A DNA stretch of 64,000 bases from Octopus bimaculoides (GCF_001194135.2 NC_068981.1:191049222-191113221), one strand, 5' to 3'; shown: positions 12,281-26,573, counted from the stretch's first letter. The notes: a model not told the origin generated them from the sequence alone. Numbers and translations are program-made.

Positions 12281-13731
12281 GTTGAAAAGTGGTTAAGAGT
12301 CCATACAAATCAAAAATTATAGTTAAAAAGGTAAATAAAGTTGGAAAAGGCATGGAAGTATATGGTTATGTAGATCCAACAGACTAAAAGAGGTATCAAA
12401 GGGGTGCATAGTCAAAGAATGGTGGTAAACCACTGCTCTCGAATAAGCTATAAAACATTCTTCCCATGTTATTATAAAAAGAAAAAAACGCATTGAAGGT
12501 GGGCATTGGAGTCTGTGTCCTCCAAAATGACAAGATGGTCATGGTTGAATTCAAATCCTCCTGTAGACTACTTTACCTTTCATTCTTCTAGAATTGGTAA
12601 AAATGAAGCTGCAATGGAACACTGAGGTTACTTTAGTTCTGTAAAGCATTGTACACGTGAATGGAAGTCTAATAGAAGACTGAGATATTTATAGATTTGA
12701 AAATATGTTATACAATGGCATTAATAATTACCATCTGTAGAATGCCAAACATTTATCATGAGTAATTGTTAAGGTTTGCATAGTTGCTTCCTTAGATTAA
12801 AAAAGTAATATGTCCTGTGAGTATATCCCCACTCCCTTCAGATTAACAAAAAAAGCATTCTTTGACATGAGCTTTTACAATAGCAGTTTTATGTGTATTT
12901 TAGTTGGGGTGTTTTTGTTTTGTTTTGTTTTTTTTCCTTTTCCATTCATTGGAATTCTTTCTTTGTAATTCTCTTTTAAAATTCGCTCCTTGTAATGTCT
13001 GAGTATTTTTCTAGTGCATCTCTACCCTTAATTTCCTTTCTTGTTAAATGCACCCTAACCTTCCCTAACAACTTTGATTTAATTACCTTATTGACAATGA
13101 CTTAGTAAAGGCTTGTTTGGTAGAAAACCCGTTAAGCAACAGCAGCAGCAGCAGCCATCAAATTATCCCCACCATGATTGAAGAAAATAGAATAATACTG
13201 CTGTTGATGATGATGGTGGTAGCAGTGGCGGTGGAGGTGGCGGCAGTGGTGTTGACAGCAACAGTAGCTGTGTCATGTCAAAGCAAGGATTTGAAGAACG
13301 CCGTTATCTAGTTTCCGAGGAATAATTATTCAGTTCTTTTCTATTTTTCTTTTTCGTATGTAACCCCCTTAAATAATCCTTCTAACCCTCCATACCTACT
13401 TTAGTTGTCCCCTTTTCTTCACACACACACACCTATTAACTCACATTTCCACTCCCTCCCCTCCATGCCAACATAACTGGAATTCAATGTTCCTACTGCT
13501 TCTACTTTCACTTTTGCAAGTAACTGTTAATTCCTCCAATTCAATTAGTTTGTGTTTTATTTTCAAACATTTTTGGCAACAGTTAAACACAATTAAGGAT
13601 GCTAAATCTATATGAAAATATTTTGGCTTCTTAACAAATATTAATGACGTAGCAGTATTCTTGGTTACATTATCTTTATGATGTTTATTGATCTCTACCA
13701 ATTAATAGTAGATTAATATTACTGTTAATTA

Positions 13732-13948
13732 TCAAGGCGGCGAGCTGGCAGAACCGTTAGCACACTGGGAAAAATGATTAGCAGTATTTCCTCTGTCTTT
13801 ACGTTCTGAGTTCAAATTTCACCAAAGTTGTCTTTGCCTTCGTCCTTTCAGAGTTGATAAAATAAATACTATTTGAGTATTGGGATCAAAATAATTGACT
13901 TAGCCCCTCCCCTCAAAAACTGCCAGCTTAGTGCCAAAATTTTAAATC
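13732..13948 (+). mobile_element. tRNA-derived SINE family A with 17-bp TSD
   Basis: GGCGGCGAGCTGGCAGAA head, B-box-like GAGTTCAAATT, central GCCTTCGTCCTTTCAGAGTTGATAAA; TSD AATATTACTGTTAATTA at 13715-13731 and 13949-13965. Confidence 0.9.
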
Positions 13949-14465
13949 AATATTACTGTTAATTACAGAGTAGTCTTAACACTAACCTTATTAGTTTCGT
14001 CATCATCATCATGTAACATTCGCTTTTCCATGCTTCAAAGGATCAGACAAATTTTTTGAGGTAGATTTTCTACAGCTGGATACATTTCCTGTCACCAACC
14101 TTCCCCTGTTACCAAGCAAAGTAATATTTTCCCATGGCTGAACATGTTTTCCATGGAAGACAGGAAATGAACAACATCACTTGTATCAATCATAGTGATG
14201 CTCACTTACAACCATCAGGTGATGTCAAGACAAGGTTACACACAAACATATATGCATACATACACATGATGGGTTTCTTTCAATTGCCATCTACCAAATC
14301 CACTCACAAGGCTTTGGCAGGCCTGGAGCTATAGTATCCTATTATTATAGAGATATTATTATGTAGATAGTTTTATTTCTGATCTCATGCACATTCAATT
14401 TCTCTTTTAGCTGAAATGGTTTTGTAATTTCCTATTAAACTGTATGTATCCTTCCTTTATTGCAG

Positions 14466-14509
14466 GCATGTTAGCTCACCTGACCACAAGGGAACGTTAA
14501 TCTACCACA
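14466..14509 (+). CDS. Candidate 44-nt exon (HVSSPDHKGTLIYH if entered in phase 2)
   Basis: gtatccttcctttattgcag|GCATG...CCACA|gtaagt; consensus donor; only the phase-2 reading lacks a stop. Confidence 0.5.
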
Positions 14510-14889
14510 GTAAGTACCTTTTGTTTTGCTTTGCTTTTTTTTCTTTAACATATGTGAAAGTGCATGTCCTAGTGCTTACATCATTGCACTCACTCATTGC
14601 TGGATCATGGGTTCAATTTCCAGTTCGGGTGGTATATTGTGTTCTTGGACAAAACACTTCGTTTCGTGTTGTTCCAGTTCACTCAGCTGCAGATGGACAA
14701 CCTTACAACTGGCCAGTAGTCAGAATTTTGAATATTCCTTTTGTTTGTTAACGAACTCCTCTTGACAAGTTCGTAAAAAAATAAAAGCACTAATAAAGGA
14801 TTATCCAAAATTCTGACTGCCTCCTTTTTCTCAATATACAATATTTGTACACTACTTCAAACACTTTATACATATATACATTTTCAAAA

Positions 14890-15125
14890 TGTAACCACAT
14901 GTGAATCGTTGGCGATCTTTTTCCTCCATCTTCCTTTTCTCTTGGACTTTCTTTTGTCTTCTGTTTCTGAAGAAGAGCATTGCTCAAAACGTAAAACCTC
15001 CTTTCTTTCCTTCCCTGAGCGTCTGCTAATACTTTGCATGTACCACATCTTCACATTGTTTTTCTTGTGTTTGTTCTTGTTTTTCTTGTGTTTGTTCTTG
15101 TTTTGGGGATTTTATATACATATAT
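14890..15125 (+). mobile_element. Penelope-like non-autonomous element P2 with hammerhead fold
   Basis: GTTT CTGAAGA A GAGC ATT GCTC AAAAC GT A AAAC at 14963-14997; homologous copies at 31.0 and 41.3 kb. Confidence 0.7.
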
Positions 15126-15147
15126 ATTTATATATATATATATATAT

Positions 15148-15607
15148 NNNNNNNNNNNNNNNNNNNNNNNNNNNNNNNNNNNNNNNNNNNNNNNNNNNNN
15201 NNNNNNNNNNNNNNNNNNNNNNNNNNNNNNNNNNNNNNNNNNNNNNNNNNNNNNNNNNNNNNNNNNNNNNNNNNNNNNNNNNNNNNNNNNNNNNNNNNNN
15301 NNNNNNNNNNNNNNNNNNNNNNNNNNNNNNNNNNNNNNNNNNNNNNNNNNNNNNNNNNNNNNNNNNNNNNNNNNNNNNNNNNNNNNNNNNNNNNNNNNNN
15401 NNNNNNNNNNNNNNNNNNNNNNNNNNNNNNNNNNNNNNNNNNNNNNNNNNNNNNNNNNNNNNNNNNNNNNNNNNNNNNNNNNNNNNNNNNNNNNNNNNNN
15501 NNNNNNNNNNNNNNNNNNNNNNNNNNNNNNNNNNNNNNNNNNNNNNNNNNNNNNNNNNNNNNNNNNNNNNNNNNNNNNNNNNNNNNNNNNNNNNNNNNNN
15601 NNNNNNN
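15148..15607. other. Assembly gap (largest N run; smaller ones elsewhere)
   Basis: N bases; most gaps abut (AT)n tracts. Confidence 1.
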
Positions 15608-16402
15608 TTAAATAGCCGAGGGATTAAAATTAATCAAAAAGGATATACTAAGTATGTCTATCTGCTTGAAATAACAGTCAAAACTCATTATTAAATCGCC
15701 AAAAATACACTGGTGATAACTACAGAAATCAAACGAAGGCAAATTTGGTTAAGACAATCTACTTACATACATTTAAGTATTTGGATTATATGTGTGTGTG
15801 GGGGGGGGAGAAAAGGTAAGTTCAAAAATAACAATTCAAACTTTTTTGGGGATCCAAAAAGAGAGAAAAGATGATTTCTAATAAGGATTCATCATATTCA
15901 TGAAAATCACCCAAAACAGGTAATAAGAATATGAAAATAATATTTGAGGAGATTTGTTATAGGTATAAGAATATACCATAAACAAGTATTAAAAAATTTA
16001 GAAAAGATGTGGAAACAGAAATAGATTTATTATAAAACTAGATTCAATGCATACGTATGTTTCCAAAAACAATGCAAAAATGTAAGAAAAAATTTAAATC
16101 ATAGTGATTATAATTGAAAAGAAAAAATTAAAATTAAGAATAAAAATGAAAATAAAATTTTAAAATTTTATTTATGCATTGTCATTCTCATCAGTGAGGA
16201 ATCGTTTGAAGGACATCAAAAAAGTTTAATAAGATGAAGTATAATGTGATAAAAATAAAATAAGATACAATAAGAGAGCACAGATGGAGCAATAAGGGGA
16301 AATCTGGTAATTTAGAAACCAAGTTGTGAACGGGAAAAATAATGATATCAACAATAATAATGGTGAGAGAGACGAAAAAGAAAAAGAAAAATAGAGAGAG
16401 AG

Positions 16403-16452
<50 letters not shown>

Positions 16453-16989
16453 GATGAGCTTCTTCCAGTTGCAGTCTACCAAATCCACTTAGTCAAGGTT
16501 TATTATTGGGTTTATTATTGTTCTTGTCAGTCTAAAGACTATGGTAAAAAACCAGTTGCCCAAGGTGCCATGCAGTAGGACTGAACCTTGAACCATGTGG
16601 TTGCAAAGCAAACTTTTTACACAGCCACAACTAGGTCGGTTTTATATCCATAGAATATTTGTGTTTTTTTACATTTTTCTCTTTAATGAATTGCTCAGCT
16701 TTTATTAAGAGTAAAACATTGCTTTTGGAGGTGAATGACATCATAATATATTTAATCCATTTAAGAAGTTTTATGTGCACACTACTATAGTCTTCTGTAT
16801 ATTAATTGTCTAGCTGGAAACTTATAGTTCTTGCTTGTATCCATTGAATAAATTATCTAGTGAGGTGGTGGGGGTGAAAAAGAAGCCACAGATTTGGTTA
16901 ACTGTCATTCCAGGAGGAAGATGGAAAAAAAAATATATGAAAATAAAGCAGAGAAAACCAAATGAAATTACTGTCAGACAGTATTACAT

Positions 16990-17075
16990 CTGTGTGTAGT
17001 TACTTGTGTTCTGATTGAATGTGTGTGTATGTGTGTGTGTGAATATATGTATATGCATGTCTGTATGTGTGTGTG

Positions 17076-17117
<42 letters not shown>

Positions 17118-17263
17118 CACACATATACATATATATACACAATATATATATATGTGTGTATATATATAGATATGTGTATGTATATATATGTGTGTATGTA
17201 TGTGTATATATATATATGTATACATATATATATATATATACACACATATACATATCTATATAT

Positions 17264-17302
<39 letters not shown>

Positions 17303-17325
17303 CACACACACATATATATATATAN
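16990..17325. repeat. Long compound (GT)/(AT)/(AC) microsatellite
   Basis: Direct reading; source of several artefactual ORFs. Confidence 0.95.
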
Positions 17326-18383
17326 NNNNNNNNNGTTAAACGATGATGATGATATATAAATATACATTCATATATACCTCATCACACAAAAATGATAGGT
17401 ACTCAATGGCTGTAGTACCATGACAAATGGCAGCCTTTTTTTGTTTGTTTTGTTTGTATAGATGTCAGCATTGAAAGACTGGCAGTTTGTAAACATTTGT
17501 AGCATTAATTGGGCTATGGAACATTTCGTTGGTAACTTGATTGTGGCAGACTGTAGGCAGAGAAACATGTTGAGAAAGACAGACAAAAAAAAATTACTAT
17601 CTCAGCAATGAAGCCAAATTTTATGAACATATTTTACCACAGAGGAAATACATTTATATTAAACCAATTTAGTTAAAAAGAGCAACTCTGTCTTAAGAAG
17701 TTTCTAATGGAAAATACCAAGTCTGCTTATTTTGAAATAAGTACATTATTTTCCACTAGCAAGATTATCTATTTGATATTGTTATTGGGTTTATTATTGT
17801 TCTTGTTATTTTTGTTATTTTGTTGTTGTTATTCAATATAAAAAGAAAACAGCAAAAATATGTGTAAGAAATAAACGAACATTTCCAAGATATTCTCCAA
17901 TACTAAAACCAAATTTATTGGCAGCAGTTACAACAAATATGTGTTTGACATAGGTGTTATATAGCTTTGATTTAAAGAATAACACATTTTCTGTACTAAC
18001 ACAAAAAAAAAAAACGAAAGAAAAACATTTTCTGGTTTATATTAAAGAAAAGCAGATGCTCGTAAATCACTTCCTACACAACAATGGAACTGTAAAGTTT
18101 TAAGACAATTCAGTGAAATAAGAAATTATTACTATCCTCATCATTATTTTAACATCCATTTTTCCTTGCTTGCAAGGGTCAGACAGAATTTTGTTGAGGT
18201 GGATTTTCTATGGCCAGTTGCCCTTCCTAACACCAACCCTCACCTACATCTAAATAAAGTAATGTTTCCTCTGGCCACACACATTTCAACAAATACTGGA
18301 AACTAAGGACAGCACTTGTGTAATGGTAACGCTTGCTCACAATTATCATGTGGTGTCAGAGTAAGGAGAGAGTAACACATACA

Positions 18384-18429
<46 letters not shown>

Positions 18430-19221
18430 ATGGCTTCTTTCAGGGCTTTGGTATGCCTGAGGCTATAGAAGATACTTGCCTGAGGTACCATGCTGTAGGG
18501 CTGAACCTGAGACCATGTGGTTGGAAAGCAAACTTCTCACCACACAGCTGTGCTTGTGCTTATAGGTGTACCTACATTTATGTGTTCAAGTACTATTAGA
18601 ATAATTATCATAATTTTAACATCTACTCTTCCATACTTCTATGAATCTGACAAGGCTTACAACAGGACAGAGTTTTCTATGATCGGATAACATTCTTGAC
18701 AGCAGCATTCTCTTGTTTCCAGACAGGGCAAAACTCCCCAAGTCTATCAAACAAACAACATAATTACAAGCAGGGCAAACCATACTGTATGAATGTACCT
18801 CTGTTTATAAAGACCATGCAACTTGTGAAGAAGCCCAGACATGCAGAAACATATTTGTGCTTCTTGACTGCAATGTGGAGTGAAATCATACTACATTGCC
18901 TGTATGAACAGTGATAATTTTGTTTACAATCAGTAAGCACACACGGAGATGAGAGGAAAGTCTAAACACATTCACACAAAGATACACTTGCACACTCATG
19001 CACACACATATACACTTACACACACACATATACACTTACACACACACATATGCAATAGGATTCCTAAGATTCCATTTGACAGTTTCACTGAGTGGGTATA
19101 GATTGATCTGCAGCTATAGTGTAGGAGGCCAGCCAACTATGTCCCCGCGGTGACACCAAGTGCCTAATCATGTGGTTCGAGGGTGAAGTTCTTAACCACA
19201 CACCCATGCCTGTGCGTAATT

Positions 19222-19545
19222 ATCATCATCATCATCATTACTATTTAACATCCATTTCCATACTAGCATGGGTTGGACAGTTTGATAAAATTTGGTAAGC
19301 CGTGAAAAAACATTCGAGCGAGGTCATTGCCAATGCCACTGGACTGGTTCCTGTGCATGTGGCACATAAAAAACACCATTTTGAGTGTGGCTGTTGCCAG
19401 TACCGCCTGACTGGCCCTCGTGCCGGTGGCATGTAAAAGCACCCACTACACTCTTGGAGTGGTTGGCGTTAGGAAGGGCATCCAGCTGTAGAAACTCTGC
19501 CAAATCAGATTGGAGCCTGGTGCAGCCATCCGGTTCAACACCAAC
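19222..19545. mobile_element. Family C (RTE 3' UTR) pieces in opposite orientations
   Basis: (CAT)n TTTAACATCC...GCATGGGTTGGAC followed by a + strand TAGGAAGGGCATCCAGC segment. Confidence 0.7.
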
Positions 19546-20817
19546 CATTATAAGTAACTATAAATGTAAACACACACCCAGACACACAATGAGTGCTTTT
19601 CAGTTTCCATCTGCCAAATGCACTCGCAAGGCTTTGGATTGGACCACAGTTGAAAACAATTGTCCAATGCACCACAGAGTGGCATTGCTAAGGGAACCCT
19701 TCTCCCTATAATCTACTTCAATGCCTCCCTATCATATTTACAGCACTTTAAAATATGTTTTAAGGAAATTTCACGTTAATGGAAATTGTAATCTTTGTGT
19801 TTTTTTCTGTTGAGTTTGAAGACAAACTCCAGAAACTCTTGGTGAGCATTGAAACATATGTGAATATATTCTCAATATTAAACTTAAAATAATATTTTAT
19901 CTTTTATTTCCTTGGTATATTTGATGTCATATTAGCATAGAAAACATAAATCTTCCTACATATTAATTTTCAGACATATTTCTCATTCATACATGGTGCA
20001 GCATTGTATCAAAACAATGTGTGGGTGTGTAGTGGGGAGAGAGAGTTGAAATGCTTGCTGTGAATATTTCATCGTATTGTGCCCATTCATCAAGAAATAT
20101 ATTATTATTTTACTGCAAGTGCACAACGAAATACACTTGCCTAGATAGATATAAAATATTCATCACCTTAAATATACATATATTTAGGTATAAAACATTT
20201 ATTTAACCTTTTAAAATAGAGCTGACTCTGTATAAAGACGAGATGATAAAATTAATGCAACTTCCATAGCAGGAAAATAGAGACTCTACACTGTAAAACT
20301 GCTGAGATATATTTGAAAGATAATAAAGAAGAATTAGTCATGAATAAAAGGTTATTTTTTTATGTAAATGTATTTGTTATTTAATCATAAATTTCTCCCT
20401 TCAGAAATGATCTATATGCTGTTGTATAACCCCAGGTCAGTTCTGATTTGAGCAAGCAGACTTTAAAGTATCTCTGTTCATATCTGCACCAGTTTCCCAT
20501 CATGTTGCTTACTTTCTGCTTTTGAAAACTCTAAGTGTTTTGGTGCTTGGATTAAATATGACTAGTTCTTCATTTATACTTTTTTTTTATCTTCCATTCA
20601 TGTTGACAAAAAATACATTCCAACAATCTGCAAGGAAATGGTAACATGATCTGAAGAAAGCAACTGAAGTAGGATTAAGTTCCTCATTGAGACATATTTA
20701 ATAACTAATACTCTTATGTTCTTTTACTGGTTTCAGCCGTTGGACTGTGGCCATAATGAAGCACCACCCTTCAAAAGCTTTGTCAATTATACCAACCCCT
20801 TACCTCATATTTAGTGA

Positions 20818-21130
20818 AGACACATAGCTCAGTGGTTAGAGCGTCAGGCTTACAATGAGGCCATGAGTTTGATACCCAGATTAGACTGTGTTGTGTTCTC
20901 GATCAACACATTTTATTTCGTATTACACCAGTTCACTCATCTGTAGAAACGAATTACAATGTCACTGGTGCCAAGCTGTATGGCCTTTGCCTTCCCCTTG
21001 GACAATAATGGGAGGCTGGCATGCATGGGCAACAGCTGGCTTTCGGTAAACAGCCTTACCCAGATTTTTGCCTTGGGTGGGAACTTTATAGGTGCAGTCC
21101 CATGGTCATTCATGATCAAAGGGGGCTTCT
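20818..21130 (+). mobile_element. tRNA-derived CORE-like SINE family E
   Basis: A-box-like TAGCTCAGTGG, B-box-like GAGTTTGATAC, then TGTGTTCTCGATCAACAC...CAGTTCACTCATCTGTAG; related piece at about 14575-14710. Confidence 0.65.
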
Positions 21131-21149
21131 TCAATTATATACACACACA

Positions 21150-21392
21150 CACAGTGCCCCCTGATTGGCTCCCATGCCAGTGGCACATAAAAAGCACCAT
21201 CTGGATGTGGTTGATGCCAGTGCCACTTGATTGACTCCCATGCTGGTGGCACATAAAGGGCACCCAGCAGTAGAAACCTTGCCAGATCAGACTGGAGCCT
21301 GGTGCAGCTTCCTGGCTTGCCAGTCCTCAGTCAAACCGTTCGACCCATGCCAGCATGGAAAGCGGATGTTAAACGATGATGATGATCATCAT
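21150..21392 (+). mobile_element. Family C (RTE 3' UTR) copy
   Basis: Ends CCATGCCAGCATGGAAAGCGGATGTTAAAC(GAT)n. Confidence 0.8.
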
Positions 21393-22864
21393 CATTACAC
21401 ACACACACACACACACATACACACACGTTCACTTTTTCGATAGTATTTCCTAAGGAAACATTTAGCCACTTCTCACTCTCTTCAAACTGTTATATAACCT
21501 TTCTATCATTACTAGAGCGCTGATTAAATTGCTTCAAGTGAAGAGTCAATATGTCATTGAATTATTGCCTCAAAAGTTTTGAATTGAAATCCATTGCAGA
21601 TCATTTCTTGTGTATCGAGGGCAATGTACTTGGTTCTGCATTACTTCAGTTTAGTGTTACTGTGGAGAAAAAGAAATTAAAACATAGTAGAATCCTATCT
21701 CGAGGAGCGTTTATCTCTTATCAATTTAAACACCATCAGACTAAAGTGATTTACAGTTTACTGCTTTTGCTGGATGAAATAATGAAAGTTTATTTGAAAC
21801 TAATTCGTTAGAATAATCTGTTGCCTTTTGAAATTACATATGTTCATTTACTACATTCAAAGTGTTGTTCGTCCAACTTTCACTCGGCTGACATATCACT
21901 ACTCTGGTGTCTTATAATCAGACGGTTCCTATCTACATACATTACTTTTATCACAAAATTTAATTAAAGTAAATGACTTAGCACTCAGTAGTTTTTATTA
22001 GTTTCACACACAATCACCTCGGGTTTCTTCTTTCAAGTTTCGACTTCATTCCGCTGTTGTTAGATTGATTTTGCGATAGGCATCAATATTGCACAAAGTG
22101 CATTACCCTGCATTTACCCCGCAATGCAAAATGAGCCAAATTAAACTAAATTAAATTTATTCTTATCAAATGTAGGAGAAATTAGTTGTTTTTGCTTTCC
22201 ATTGTCTGTTATAATAGCTAGGGTGATTTATTGGAGGCCTTTTCAAATCTACCCATGTTAAAGTGAATTTTACTGATTTCATTGAATGACTCTATTAGCA
22301 AAATTAATCTAATTAATAGTCAGAACTCTCAGTAAGTTGTTCATTCCTCTAGAAAGGAAATTTTAATGATGTTGAATAATATCAATTAGAATTCACCTCA
22401 CTAACTAATAGCACATGGTAACTAATTACTGAAGTATCACTGAATATACCAGCATTTTTCAATATGTCTGTTTTATCTCTTTCTACTTCAGGGTTGAACC
22501 TTACCTGTTTTTTACTTTCTCAAAACATGAAAATTCATCATCATCATCATTGTTGTTGTTGTCATCATCTAATGTCTGTTCTCCATACTGGCATGGGTTG
22601 GACAGCTTGACTATAGCTGGCAAACCAGAGAGCTGTACCAGCCTTTATTTCTCTGTTTTGGATTGGTTTCTATAGCTGGATGCCTTTCCTAATGCCAACC
22701 ACTGGGTGCTTTTTATGTGTGCACCAGTGCTTTATACATGGTACCAGCATGGGTGTCTTTTACATGGCACCAGTACTAGTGTTTTTGCTTACGTGGTACC
22801 AGCATGGGTATTTTGGTATATCAGAATATGACCTGAAAATTATTATTATTTATCCTCTCTTTAA

Positions 22865-23075
22865 GGTGGTGAGCTGGCAGAAATATTAGCACACCGGGCA
22901 AAATACTTATCTGTTTTTACATTCTGAGTTCAAATTCCACCGATGTTATCTTTGTTTTCATCCTTATGGGGGGGTGGATAAATTAAGTACCAGTTGTGTA
23001 CTGGAGTCAATCTAATCGACTGACCCCCACCCTCCCAAAATTTTGGGCCTTGTTCCTAGAGTAGAAAAGATTATT
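22865..23075 (+). mobile_element. SINE family A
   Basis: Full head-to-tail match to other A copies. Confidence 0.85.
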
Positions 23076-23587
23076 TAACCTCCCCACCCACTGCTACTGC
23101 AAGTTAATATTATTTTTCATCCTTATATTTAATTTTTAATTTCCTGTTGACCTGCCACAAATAGCAGTCAAGTTCTCCTCGATCCACATCCCACCATCTG
23201 AAATAACTAAGGACTCATTGGCTAAACATAAATAGGTCTGCCATATCACAGCTGACCAGGGCTAAACAAAAATATTGTCATTTGAATGTAAGAGTGGAAC
23301 ATTTATTTTTACATCCATTTTTCAATGTTTGCATGGGTTACACAGATGTCGTATTGGGGCATTGTTTTATAGACAGATGCCCTTCCTGTCGCTAGCCCTT
23401 ACTGATTTTCTTACAAGGGATCTCTTAATTTATGTCTTCAAAGGCATGAAGTGAGCAGGCAATTTGCTGAAGTCTCAACAAAACCAGTCGCTGCAAGCAA
23501 CTTTTGCAGACTGCAAATGTAAACTCACACACACATATGTGTAGGTATTTGTATACAGTGAATGGTTGAAAAGGACTTTGATTGACC

Positions 23588-23816
23588 ATAGCCACCTGAC
23601 TGGCCCCTGTGCTGGTGGCATGTAAAAAGCACCCACTTCACTCTTGGAGTGGTTGGTGTTAGGAAAGGCTCCCAGCTGTAGAAACTTTGCCAGATCAGAT
23701 TGGAGCTTGGCGCAGCCTCCCAGCTTGCCAGTCCTCAGTCAAGCCATCCAACCCATGCCAGCATGGAAAGTGGACGTTAAAAGATGATGATGGTGATGGT
23801 GATGATGATGATGATG
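23588..23816 (+). mobile_element. Family C (RTE 3' UTR) copy
   Basis: Same motifs and (GAT)n tail. Confidence 0.8.
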
Positions 23817-24344
23817 CAATCAATAACTGAGCACTTTTACCTAACAGCTATCTTAGGAAATTGTTATTTGCAAAGGGTTTCTTGACAATGAAAGTGAAAC
23901 TAATTAAAAAAGTTTCAGTCATTTCAGCTAATTTTCCTTTTGTTCATTATCAATTTAGATGGACAAATTCCAGCATAAAAGCAGATCCTTTTGCAATCTG
24001 CTTTGAAAAGAAATAAACCTGTTTTTGATTTACAAAATCATCAAAAAAAAAACTAGATGAAAGGTGGAAGAAGCCAGAAGAAATGGTAAAATTTAATCTG
24101 TTGAAATTAAGATAAAATTTTATTTTAAAACTTTGCTAAATGAAATGTTTAAATAGGAGGGAAAAGGCAAAAACACAGCCGAGTAGTTTGAAAAAAAAAA
24201 CAAGGAATTTTAATTGTTTGCTCTTTATTTCCAACTTGTAGTATGAATTAGATAAGAATAAATAAAACTGTGTTGGTGGAAACTGGTTTTTAATGAAAAT
24301 TTCATAATTACTTTATAAAGTTAAATGAATTATTAATTTGCCTT

Positions 24345-24730
24345 TGTCTGTCTTTTACTTGCCTTCAGTCATTGGACTGTGGCCATTCTGGGACACCAGC
24401 TTGAAGAATTTTTTGTTGCATGTATCAACACCTGTACTTATTTATTTGTTAAGCCTGGTGCTTATTCTATCAGTCTATTTTACCAATCTGCTAAGTTATG
24501 GAGATGTAAACAAACCAACACCGGTTGTCAAGTGGTGTTGGGCAACAAACACAGACACACACACACATATATACACTGGGTTTCTTTCAGTTTCCATCTA
24601 CTAAATCCAATCACAAGACTTCAGTCAGCCTGAGGCTATAGAAGACACTTGCCCAAGGTGTCACACAGTGGGACTGAACCTGGAACTGTGTAGTTAGGAA
24701 GTAAACTTGTTACCACACAGCCACACCTGC
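24345..24730 (-). mobile_element. SINE family B
   Basis: Near full-length reverse copy. Confidence 0.85.
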
Positions 24731-25991
24731 ACCAAAATTTTAATTTTAATTTAAATATTAATAAGTATACATGGTTTAAAGAAAAAAAGAAAAATATAAT
24801 TACTTTATGTGTAATTGTATTTATAAATAACTTATGTTGAAATAACAAACGAATAATGAGTACTTTCTGTTGGATCGCTATGTCTTCTCATGAGAAATGT
24901 GGAGAAAAACTCGTTTAGCAATTTAATTCAAGTGGGTTTACAAATTAAAATTCTAAGATACAAATCTTGATTATTGAGTAGGAAAAGAATTGGTACTTAT
25001 AAATGAAGAATATTTCCTTGTCTCGCACATAAATATATTTCAATATCTAGTCTTTTCTGGTACTTAATCTGTCTGAGAACTATGTCTATATCACTATCAG
25101 AGTTTTATTTCTATTCTCAATATCACCATTACTAAGTGCAACATTTCTTTGCAATTGCACAAATACTTTCTTCCAATAATTCCTGTATTTTATCTTCCTT
25201 CTCTTTCAACTCAGAACGAGATCTAAAATTTCCAGTAGATTATTTCTTAAAGTGACCATCATGCTATTTTTCATCTTATAATTATCTTGCTTCCATCAAA
25301 CCAAGCTCCACAACAATACAACTATGAAGAATTTTCTCTTACAAGTCCTTTCATGACTTTCATAATATATACCATTTCATGCTTCTTCTCTTTTTGATAT
25401 TCATGGCTTTTTTCTTTTTAATATTTTTTTATAGTAGAGTAATAGTTTTCCTTAGTACCATTTATCATTAAAAATGGCTTTTGTAGTGCTCAGCTGTCTT
25501 TGAGACTGTGACTTCTTCCCCTGGTCATTTATTTCTTTCTTACTATTTTTCCTTCAATCTCTATTTACCTGTCTTTTCAAATGCTAAATACTGCAAGGAT
25601 AATAATTGTTAAGATTACTTTTCCTGCATTCAAAATTTTCAGTCTGAACTTCAGCAATCAAACAATTAACCCTTGGCTCATTAGTATGCATTGTTCACAA
25701 ATACATATTCAAACAGTTGTTTGGCTTTATAAATTTTGTGTCATCACTGGTAAATACATTTGTATCTCAGAAATTCAAAAGATTCAAACTTATTTCTTCT
25801 TTCTTTTTGATTTGATTTTACCAGATATTTCCCTATAATATTATGAAATCTCCTGGCAGGCTTATCATATCATTGTCATTTGTTATCTAAGCTCCTCTCA
25901 CTAGGGTTCCATAAAACTGGCCCCTCTAATCATCTGCTAATAATGTTTACAGGATGTGGGTCACATTTCTTGTTTGGTTGACATTTAATCC

Positions 25992-26197
25992 TTAATCCTT
26001 TTAATACCGACCTATCTGAGGTCACCCTTTGTTCTATGATACAAATTTCCTGTTTTAAAATTATCTAAATTAAAACCTAGCATCAGAAACACCAATTTAA
26101 TTATAACAAACTTATTTTACTAAGCTGTTCATAATTCTTAAAATTAACTGAAACAAAAGCAGTGCATTTCTACAGGAACATGGTAAGGAAAGGTTAA
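25992..26197. mobile_element. Degenerate piggyBac-like (TTAA) MITE
   Basis: Ends TTAATCCTTTT ... AAAGGTTAA; similar ends at about 35137 and 45995. Confidence 0.4.
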
Positions 26198-26523
26198 GTC
26201 AGCCACCTCCAACTGGGATTATGGTTCATGATCAAGTCTTTAAATAATGTTATGAACATCCCTGTAGGAAGTTTAGCTGCTATATCAGAAAGTTGAGGAA
26301 AATTTATAGACGTTCAACGTGATGACACTATGTCACACACTGCAACACTAACATCAACAACAAACACTGCATTTAAATTAATTGAAAAATGCTTAAACCC
26401 AAAATGTCTTGTATATATATCTGTCATTTAAGACATTGTCAATTTTAAAATTCTCTTGAACTATAGTCTTTAGTTTCTGTCCTCACTAAACACCTCTCTC
26501 TCTCTCTCTCTCTNNNNNNNNNN

Positions 26524-26573
<50 letters not shown>

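Noticed and set aside
12796-12816. 21-nt AG...GTGAGT segment
   Set aside because: Open only in phase 0, incompatible with the neighbouring candidates. It illustrates the chance rate; similar unresolved cases lie at 17462, 19815, 61079 and 63034.
26176-26182. 7-nt microexon with a strong gtaagg donor
   Set aside because: Lies inside the end of a piggyBac-like MITE.
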